This document shows positions 54,558-64,000 of a stretch of 64,000 nucleotides of DNA, in pieces. The notes beneath the pieces were generated by a model. That model worked only from the letters and a program-made list of their open reading frames with translations, ran no database searches and had not been told where the DNA came from. Position numbers and translations under genes: made by a program. Source of the stretch: Chrysomallon squamiferum (Eukaryota > Animalia > Mollusca); contig CM022667.1 in assembly GCA_012295275.1 (NCBI GenBank), forward strand, positions 1,426,001-1,490,000, written 5' to 3'. The first letter of the stretch is position 1; every line of letters starts with the position of its first letter.

Positions 54558-55090
54558 AATTATTATTATTATTGTTGTTGTTGTTATTGTTGTTTTTTAT
54601 TAAACAGTCTGAATTATGAACATTTTGAAATTATTATTATTTAAGGATTTTTTTAAACAGTCTGAAGAATGAAATTTATGAAAGATTTAAAATATAAGAT
54701 TATTTTCAGTTGAAGAATGAAAATATAAGTTTTTTTATGAAGATACCATGGTGACAAGATTTTTTTATTATTATTATATATATATATATAATTTTTTTTT
54801 TTTTTAATTTTATATGTAATTATTTAAAAAATTACTGTTGGTGAAATGTTGAAATACTATTCCTCAGTAAAAAAAATATTCAAAGAAACAAACTGGGAAT
54901 ACAAATTTTATCAAATTAATTTTGTTTTTATAAAACTTCCAAAATATTACATTTAAAATATGTATAGAAGTATCAGTGTATCAAAATGTATCAGTATATC
55001 AAACTTGTTATTATTTAAAATAATTTATTTGCAATGTAAAGACAGAGAAAGAGTTCTTTTTATTTATCTGCAGGCAGATATATAAAGTAA

Positions 55091-55134
<44 letters not shown>

Positions 55135-57862
55135 GTTACTGTTTAGAAAAAAAATGATGTGGACTAAGTTTTTATTATTTTTATCATCTTTTGGCTGAAT
55201 TTAAACTATTTTTTTATTATATATTATTTTTGTTTTTCTTGTTTCTTCATAAATTATATGAGTCATTATGTATTATACATCTTTTTATTTCTGTTTATAA
55301 ATTAAAAAACAAAAACAAAGAAAAAATCAAAACATATTTTTATGTTTCACAAAAAACTCAGCATTTATTAGTTATGATGTTTGAATTTACTTGTTTCACC
55401 TATTTGATACTTTTAAAATTATGGATAATATATTTTTTCTTTTAATTTTTCCTACTTATGTCTTTCATTACAGAATCTTGATAACTGCTGTACATATTAT
55501 ATTAATATAATATTTATAGTGCAAAGTAGAGTGTATATTTATATGTATGTATATTCATATATATGTATACCTGTTAAGAATTACTTAGAGCAATACATTT
55601 CATTAAAACTTCAAACTGGAAGAGTTTGAATTTTGCATTAGAGGCATTCTGTTTCAAATCACAAAAATAAAATGGAAAGTTCTAAACTGACCAGCTCAGA
55701 TTTTGATAAAAATTAGTAGACAAATTTGTTTTGGTCAGCCAAATCTTGTGTTCATTTGACAAATACTTTTGGAAGTATAGGCCCACAAAATTTAACTTTT
55801 TGGTCAAAATGGGTATGGCCATTATATCATTAAGACCCCAATATTTCAGCAACCAATGAGTGGGTATGCATAACATTAGTTGTTGCTGAAAGGAGAATTC
55901 CATTATTTTTTTTTAATTTTTAACACAGTTCCATTTTAAGTATTTGTAACCTTTTTGACCTTGAGATACATGCGATCTTGAACCGATTTTTAGTTAGAGT
56001 TATAGCCCAGGATATTAGTAACAACATTTAAAAAGAAATAGAGAATATTACAACCAAGTTATTATAAACTTATTATGCTCAAACATATATAAATTAATTT
56101 ATATAAATATTAATTCTATGAAATACTGACAGAATATAAATAAATCATTATGTAGCATAATGCACCCAAACTAATAGTATTATTTATTATTCTTTAATGT
56201 TTTTTTTTGTTTTTTTGAAAGAAGTCCCTTAATAACAAAACAATGAATTATAAAACAACTAGATACTTATTCATATATGTACACTTAGTTTTACTAAAAT
56301 AACACACCATTATAGTGCCAGTGATTTAGGAATTTTTACATATAGTTATACCTTCAGAATGGTTGTAGATATAGGAAACTTATTATTATATATTTTTTTT
56401 TCATTATTTCCTATGAGTCTTTTTATTAATAGTATAAGCTTTATACTTCACATTTGTCTAATCAAAATGTTGGTTTAATTAGCAATTAGTTTATTGTTAA
56501 TTACTTTATATATTTACAATAAATTTTAAACATCATTTGATTTATTTTTATCTAATCCTAAAGCTAAGGCAGAATGAAAAAAAAAAAAAAATAAATAAAT
56601 TTAAAAAAAGGTATAAAATATGTTTCAAATATCTAAACAAGTTAAATAATTAGGTAAACTTTGAAATGAACTAGTGAAGCAAAATTATTAGATTAACAGT
56701 TATTCAGAATTTTATATTACTATTATTATTATTATTATTATCATCATTTTTATCAAAACATTCATTTTTTTAGTATTGAGATTAATACACAGAGGTATAT
56801 TAAGATAAAATTAAACAAAATTAAAGATATACCTGTTTCAGTCAATTTCATTTCATTTCACTTTAAACAATTTTATGTTTAAAAAAAAAATGGCAGCACT
56901 TACAAGCTTTTTTTTATTTTTGTTAATACATTTCATTTCTTTGTGTCTTGGAAACTCTATATTGTGCTATTAAATATTGTTGTAAGTATCTATTATTTAA
57001 CATGTTCTTTCAAAAACAAACCCACAATGAAAATGCTAAATGCATGTATATTATTTTGTTATAAAAGCAAACTGTGAAATGTATGTATATAATTATTATT
57101 GTACCTGCAAAGCTTGGCATTAAATGAAATAATGTTTTGTTTACATCAAGAAATAAAATGTTATTTACAACAATCTCTACGTTTTACCTAAAATATAGTT
57201 ATTCTGCAGACAAGTAGATTATTTGTTGTTGATACAGGGAACATTTTTTTTTTCAAAATTTGAGAAAGTAATTGATGCTAAAATATGGATATAATGTGCT
57301 TTAGTATTGGGCATAAAATAAACAACAATAGATGACTGTAATTCTTATAAATAAATAAATAAATAAAGAAAGAAAGAAAGTAATAAACAAACAAACAATT
57401 AAAAAAGAAAGAAAGAAAGAAAAAGAAATATCATATTTGTTTTTCAAAATGAATTATAATAATAAAAAAAAAAAAAAATATATGATGGAAAATGTAACTG
57501 ACACTTCAAAGTCACTACTTTTTAATTTATGATAAAAAGCATACAGTTTCATTTAGTTCAGCTTTCTAAACCTTATTTATTAATTTTCGAAACACAATGA
57601 TCACTTGACAGCCGTTTTATGTTTTCAAAAAATATATATCAGTCCTCATTTTCAAATATAACTTGAAACTTCTAAAAAAGCCATGATCACTTCCATGTGT
57701 TTTTTCATCAGTTTCTGAATACAGATGACAATGAAATGTTTTAGTACACCATTAATATATCCTCGAAATTTTTAAACATCACATCCAGCATTGCTTCATT
57801 TTTAAATTAAACAGTGAAAAAAAAAAAAAAAAAAAACAATTCAAATACTGCAACAAATCCTG

Positions 57863-58030
57863 TTATCTGGTGTGGCCTTTTGTGGATGATTCTTCTAATT
57901 TTTTTTCTGGACAAGGGTATGGCACTCCAAATTGATGACACAGTTTACGAAGAGCTTTCTCATACTCTTTGTTCAGCTTTGCTGATTGCTGTAATGCAAA
58001 CTTAATGTCTTCTACTTCATCGAAGAAACC
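57863..58030 (-). CDS. Minus-strand gene last exon (GFFDEVEDIKFALQQSAKLNKEYEKALRKLCHQFGVPYPCPEKK...GHTR*)
   Basis: tttctaccag acceptor; TAA at 57865-57863; CEP290-C-terminal-like motif. Confidence 0.82.
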   Translation of the reverse strand, partial: GFFDEVEDIKFALQQSAKLNKEYEKALRKLCHQFGVPYPCPEKKLEESSTKGHTR

Positions 58031-61000
58031 CTGGTAGAAAACAAGTGAACAGAATAAATATGTAAAATGAAGAAGACACTAAAACACACAGCATTCAGCT
58101 TTGTTTTCTGACACCCATACTTTGATAATAATAAAGTATGACAAAATAAATAAATGAATGAATGAAATGAATGAATGAATGAATAAATAAATGAATGAAT
58201 GAACAAATAAATAAATAAATAATAAAAACAAGTTGATGAAAATAGATTGTAGCTAACACTTTAGCTTTTCTGTGATATGGTTTCATCCAGAGAATGTAAA
58301 AACATACTAGACAGACTGCAGTTTATGGCATCTTGGTAACTAATTAATCTTTGAAATCATTTTTTTTTTTTAAACACATTTTTTACATCATAATATTATT
58401 TCATAATTAATTATTAGCAAAGGTTTTTCAGTCAAAAAAAAATAAAATACCCAAAAAGCAGATCATCTTGATAAAAAAAAAAAAATAATAATAAAAAATA
58501 ATAATAATAATAATAATATTTAGAAATTATAAAAAAATAAAATTAAAAGAACAACAATATTTAAGTGAATAAAAAATTAATGTAAACCTTAAATTTACCA
58601 GAATTTCTTAACAAAAGGACATCATCAATGCTTTTAATGAAACAAAAATCGAGTAATTTAAACTCACTGTATCAAGTCCTTTTAATTCTGTTCTCAACTT
58701 TTTGTTTTCTTTTTTCAACTTGTTTCTTTCTCTGACTACTTCTCTTAACACATCATCATCTGGAATAAAAAAAAAAAAAAATAAATTCAGTTCAAGTGCA
58801 TCAGCACCATAGGGACCTATAACTTATAAAAATTTGTTCACACAAATTATCTCCTTTTACAGCTTGTGTCTAATATAAATGTAAAACATAAATATTTAAA
58901 TTTATTAAAATGATTGATAATTAACATTATAACCATATAGAGACATTACATCTTATTCAGTAGTTGATTTTATTTTTGTGTTGCATTGTCTTTATACAAA
59001 TATATGTTTTCATACCTATTTTCTTTATTTTTAAATGAGTTCTGGTTTATGAGTAAAGAAATTAAAAGAAAATGAATTTAAAACCTGAAGCAGGCCCTGA
59101 ATGAGATCTTGATTTTGAACCTCTTGCAATAATTAACTCCCTTTCCAACCTCATGACCTTTTCTTTTTCTTCCTTCAGTTTAGTTTCCATAGCGGCCATT
59201 TTGAGCTAAAGAACATTTTTGAGAAAGAAAAGCATAAAGTCAAACACTGAACCAAAACTTTCAATGACTCAACTATCATTTTAGTAATGAAATTAAAATT
59301 ATATTTTTTATTTATGTTAAAATCATGTGAACTGAAAGTTTCCTACCATTATTATTATTTTATTTTTGTTGCAATTTATTTATTTTTTATTTTCAATTTG
59401 TTAGTTTTGTTTGCTTGTGCTTTTTCTCTTCTTTTTTTTTTATTATTTTTTTAACTATCATTTTTTTCCCCCCAATAAGTCAAAATAAAGACAAAAAGCC
59501 AGCCTCCTCAATTCACCAATTATGATTTTTTATGTTACACCTTTATTATTAGTAAAATTAGGGATGCATTTAATTTAAAATCAGAAAATACACTAAAAGT
59601 AATATAAAATAAATGCTCATAACTGAATGTAATTAAAAATAAAAAATTTAACTGTTTATAATAAAATAAATTAAATTTAAAAAAAAAAATTACATTGCAG
59701 GCAGAACATTTTTACTGGAATAATTATTTTAACAATTACATTCAGCTGACTGTATGAAAGCTGTTCATGTTGGCTGTGTTCTGTTTAACTTGACATCAGT
59801 TAAGACAGCAGAATGTAAACAAATAGTTTGTGTTGTAATATTTTCTTCATTCATTAACTGATTCTATATTGTCATGTTCTGTTTTATAAAACAAACAATA
59901 AAATAAAAATAATAAAATATAAAAAAACAAAAAAAAAATAAAAAAAAAAAATAACAATAATAATAATAATCATAAAATAAAATAAATAATAATAATAAGA
60001 AGAATAAAATAAAATAATAATAATGAGAATGATAAATAAATAGTAGTATTAGTAAGAGTAAAAACAAAAAGATAATAATAACAATTATGTGAAGACTAAG
60101 TTTTTAATAGTAAGAAACTACAACAAAAGAACAAAGGAAACTAACTGTAATTAACTGTAACTACAAAAAGGCTATTGTCAACCAATAAGAATACAGCTAC
60201 TCTTTCTAAGGCAGGACAACACATACCAACATATTTTATACACAACTGACTAGAAAAAGAAATAGACTTTAGAGTAAAGAGTGGAGTTGATCTGCCAAAC
60301 CTCTGCTCCTTAATCTACCTCATAAATGTAAATCATTACTTAAACATTTTTATTTTTATAGGAAAAATGCATACAATTAAAATATATTACTGATTACTCT
60401 TTTAATAATTAAATTTTTGTTGTTGTTGTTTTTTAACCTGATCTGCAACAATATCAAACTTTATTCTGTTAATAATTAAATATTTTAGTTTTTTTGTTGA
60501 TTTTTTTTTCATAATCTGCAACATATTCTTTCTTATTGTATTAAATATTATTGTTGTTTTTTTCCTAATCTGTAACATATTCCATCTTATTCTGTTAAAT
60601 AATATTGTTTTTTTTTTTTTTTTAATCTGCAACATATTCCACCTTACTGTATTAAATATCACTGATGAATATTTTTCCCTAATTTCTAACATATTCCATC
60701 TTATTCTATTAAATATTATTGTTGTTTTTCCCCCAATCTGCAACATATTCGAATGTACTGTATTAAATGTTATTGTTTTTTTTTCTCCCAATCTGCAACA
60801 CATTCCACCTTATTGTATTAAAGGTTATTGTTGTAGTTTTTTTTTAAACTAATCTGTAACATATTCCACCTTACTGTATTAAATATTACTGGGTTCTCCT
60901 AATGAGCAAAATCTTTGTCTTTATTCTCTTGATTAAATATTACTTGTTTGTTTTCTCCAGGTCAGCAACATGTTCCACCTTTTCTTCCTTTTTTCTTGAA

Positions 61001-62160
61001 GAGCTGAACATTCCCATCTGCCAAGGTCTGGGTTCAGTCTGAATATATTCACTGAAAATGATAAAAATAAAAAAAATAAAAAATAAATCCTGTTTATTTG
61101 TTTCCAAATCCCCAAAACTTCATTAACAACTAAATGTTATTACACCTATCAAATAATCAATATACTGTGTAGGCATTGTTATTTTTTTCTCTTTAAAACA
61201 TTTCTTTTTATACATTTCTATGTATCAAATGCCACAAATATAAAAAGGGAAAGTATCAGCCTGAATATATTTTACAGGGGTTTTTTTTGTTGTTTTTTTT
61301 ATTTCTGAATCGCAAATTCCTATACAAATTTATACTCAAACCTGAGATCCAAAGGCAATGTGGCTGCCATTTGCAATATCAGTGTTTTGTATCTACAACT
61401 TGACTGGCTGAATATCTAATGAGGATGGCATTATTAATAAAAAATAATAACCACTCTAGTTCAAAGGGTTAATTATTTTATTTCTGTTTCATAATAAAGA
61501 ATAAATAAATGAATAAAAAAATAGATAAATAAATAAAAATAATAAAAAAAAAAACCCAGCTTACTCTCGTGTAGTTACGTAAGTTTTCAGCAAATTTTCA
61601 ATCTTCTTTTCCTCTTTCAGTTTGGCCAGTTCTTTCTGACATGCATCTCTCTGACGTTTCAGTAACTGCAACTTCTTTTTCAGTGCAACGTTTTCAGCAC
61701 AAAACTAAAAAATTAAAAATGAAAACAAATAAAACATAAAAAACTTTTGACTTTAAACTTTAAACTTCAAACTGCTTATATGTGTGTGTGTGTGTGTGTG
61801 TGTGTTATTGTTATATCATTATATAATTATTATTGTTATTAAGGATTTGTTCATTTATAATTTTTTTGTTTCTAAAAGAGGAGCAAAAATATAATTTAGG
61901 GCTATTATTTTTAAAAAGGTGATTTTTAAATATCACTATAATTATGCCAATCAGTATCTAAAACAGTAGAATTGTTTTTTTTATTTATATTTATGAATAT
62001 TACTTAACTAAAAAAATAAGAAATGCATAGAAATTGTAAATGTGTGTGTATGTATTTGTGTGTGAATGTATATGTATACATGTGTATGTCTATATATATT
62101 TTTATATAATAATAGAACTAAACTTACTTGAGAACATGAATGAATATCTACAAAAGACAT
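57863..62160 (-). CDS. Small coiled-coil protein with a CEP290-like C-terminus (whole-gene span, 8 proposed coding exons, about 241 aa)
   Basis: Phase-compatible minus-strand exons with a K/E/L-rich heptad pattern. The C-terminus LRTELKGLDTGFFDEVEDIKFALQQSAKLNKEYEKALRKLCHQFGV resembles recalled CEP290 LKKELENFDPSFFEEIEDLKYNY...VKKLSEQLGV. Confidence 0.7.
58668..58759 (-). CDS. Minus-strand gene exon (DDVLREVVRERNKLKKENKKLRTELKGLDT)
   Basis: ttattccag acceptor, ACA|gtgagt donor, phase 1 to 0. Confidence 0.82.
59085..59205 (-). CDS. Minus-strand gene exon (LKMAAMETKLKEEKEKVMRLERELIIARGSKSRSHSGPAS)
   Basis: ttctttag acceptor, CAG|gtttta donor, coiled-coil frame, phase 0 to 1. Confidence 0.75.
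59740..59780 (-). CDS. Minus-strand gene, candidate 41-nt exon (EHSQHEQLSYSQLN)
   Basis: Provides the phase 1 to 0 bridge; weak acceptor (ttaaacag), donor AAT|gtaatt. Confidence 0.3.
60227..60249 (-). CDS. Minus-strand gene, candidate 23-nt microexon (QLCIKYV)
   Basis: Strong sites tttctttttctag and TTG|gtatgt; phase 2 to 1; no homology support. Confidence 0.4.
60440..60890. repeat. Minisatellite, about 57-60-bp unit ([49 protein letters not shown]) in an intron of the minus-strand gene
   Basis: About 7-8 copies. Confidence 0.88.
60944..61051 (-). CDS. Minus-strand gene exon (EYIQTEPRPWQMGMFSSSRKKEEKVEHVADLEKTN)
   Basis: ttttcag acceptor, AA|gtaata donor, phase 2-2. Confidence 0.7.
61565..61704 (-). 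CDS. Minus-strand gene exon (FCAENVALKKKLQLLKRQRDACQKELAKLKEEKKIENLLKTYVTTR)
   Basis: ttttag acceptor, GA|gtaagc donor, open coiled-coil frame. Confidence 0.8.
62128..62160 (-). CDS. Minus-strand gene, first coding exon (MSFVDIHSCSQ; exon extends to 62191 as UTR)
   Basis: On the - strand: ttttcag acceptor, aaaaATG, CAA|gtaagt donor, phase 0. Confidence 0.6.
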
Positions 62161-62660
62161 TTTTGCTATGCAGACACCAATTTCAGGTTATCTGAAAATA
62201 AAAATACTTCATATGTAAATAATATTAATTAAAATCCGAATATTGTAAAACTGGTTAATTTTTTTGTTTTTGTTCTGTGAGATGTAGGCATTCACCGAAT
62301 TGTACTGTTAATAATATTAATAATTGTAATTACCAAGTAAATAATTGCAAATGAAAATGCTAACAAATTTCAAAAGCTAAGCAATAACTAAACTGACTAT
62401 AATTGCAGAACTGGTCACTCTTTCTCTGCTGCTACTGTACTAAATGAATGAACATAATATCGTTTCTATAATCACGTTTGGACTTGTATAATTTGTCACC
62501 CAACCTTAACTATTAGCACGATATCGTGTATATATATATATACATAAGATGGCTATCAATCCGGTAGTCGTAAAAAGCTAAAAAGTATGCATTTTATTTT
62601 TATTTTTATTTTTAAATTCAAATTTCTTCTTCTTCTTTCTTCTTCTTCTTCTTCTTCATC

Positions 62661-62711
<51 letters not shown>

Positions 62712-63134
62712 GTATTAATATTAGTATTAGTATTAGTATTATTATCATTATAATTAATTAGGTAAAACACACTTCTCGTCTAATAGACAAAAATAGCTCA
62801 TAGAATTTAAATTTAAAATTACATTTTTGTCTGTTAAAACTTTAAAAAAATATTTTGGTTCTGTTAAATTCGTATATTTCTTCGAATTATTCTGACATTA
62901 ATTATTCGTTATGTCCGCATGCAAATTATAATTTAACAAATCCTTAGTTCGTTTCCACATTCACATTTTAGATGGATGACAAATAAGGAAGCTCTATTTT
63001 TATCGACACCTACGTTACAAAATTACAACCCTAATCGTGCATGACATCATTTCAATACAATCTGGTAACTTTCCAAAAGGAAATCATTAAATATCATATA
63101 TTATTTATTGCGAATTAACTGAGGAGGAGAAAAA

Positions 63135-63176
<42 letters not shown>

Positions 63177-63487
63177 CTGTATAAATATCACCTGTCCATA
63201 ACGGCGACTTTACTTTTTATATACAGGTTCGACTGTAATATAATGTTTTTTTTCTTCTTCTTAAAAAAAAAAAAAAAAAATAAGCACTGAAAGTGATTTT
63301 TTTCTTCTTTACTAAAGAATATTAATTAAATTTAATAAAGCAGAGTTCGAAAATAGAAAAAATAAAATAAACAATAAACATAATCTTTCTTATATCGGAC
63401 ATACTTTGGTCTTTGATAAAACAAAAAGCTAGTAGAAATTATATATGAGCACTAAGACATGCAACAAAATGAGCATTAGAGTATGAT

Positions 63488-63525
<38 letters not shown>

Positions 63526-64000
63526 CAGATATTGAAACTAAATAATGCAACACATTTATGCAGTGAAATTATTATTTACCTATTTTTAAACATGATCTAA
63601 ACAAACAAACAAACAAATATCGGTCGAATTTATTCAATTTTTATTACCTTGTTTAGCAGATTTAAGATAGACCAAAATAGAATCTAGAACAAGTAAATAA
63701 TAATAATATAACAACATCATCAAAAGTACTAATAGCTGTTGTATTAGCCATAGCAGCAGCAACAGAGTAGTAGAAAAATTGATTTCATAGATATAATCTG
63801 TTTTGTTACAGATTATCAGTATTATGGTATAGAATTCGTTAGACTTTTAAAAAGTCTTTAAAAACACACACACACACACACACACACAGACACTAGTATC
63901 GTATATATGGCATTTCACTGATATAATAAAAAAAAATCTTAACTGATTTATAAGTTTTCGTTCTTTTCCCCTCTATTATTATTATTATTATTATTATTAT

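Noticed and set aside
62517-62528. 12-bp palindrome CACGATATCGTG
   Set aside because: A single short palindrome that cannot be tied to a factor or structure.

Overview
AT-rich, microsatellite-dense animal genomic DNA (style suggests an invertebrate, possibly a mollusc; this is inference only). Almost all ORFs in the supplied track are simple-repeat artefacts. Reading splice sites by hand gives two genes. (1) A 23-coding-exon membrane adenylyl cyclase of the ADCY2/4/7 (group II) type on the + strand (ATG 27816, stop 54082-54084, about 1103 aa). All catalytic residues are intact, but it has a +1 frameshift in coding exon 3 (C4 run 29684-29687), a GC-AG intron and a candidate uORF-rich 5' non-coding exon about 26 kb upstream. 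(2) A convergent small coiled-coil gene on the - strand (ATG 62160, stop 57863, about 241 aa) whose last two exons resemble the extreme C-terminus of CEP290. The introns hold many mini- and microsatellites and decayed copies of a dispersed repeat. The most unusual non-coding signals are a minisatellite whose every unit reads as branch point + pyrimidine tract + TAG|G, an upstream minisatellite whose units carry a GTAAGA donor core, and three locally duplicated exon junctions. No CRISPR array, tRNA, rRNA or intact transposon ORF was recognised. I cannot claim a proven novel system; the findings are hypotheses with stated tests.
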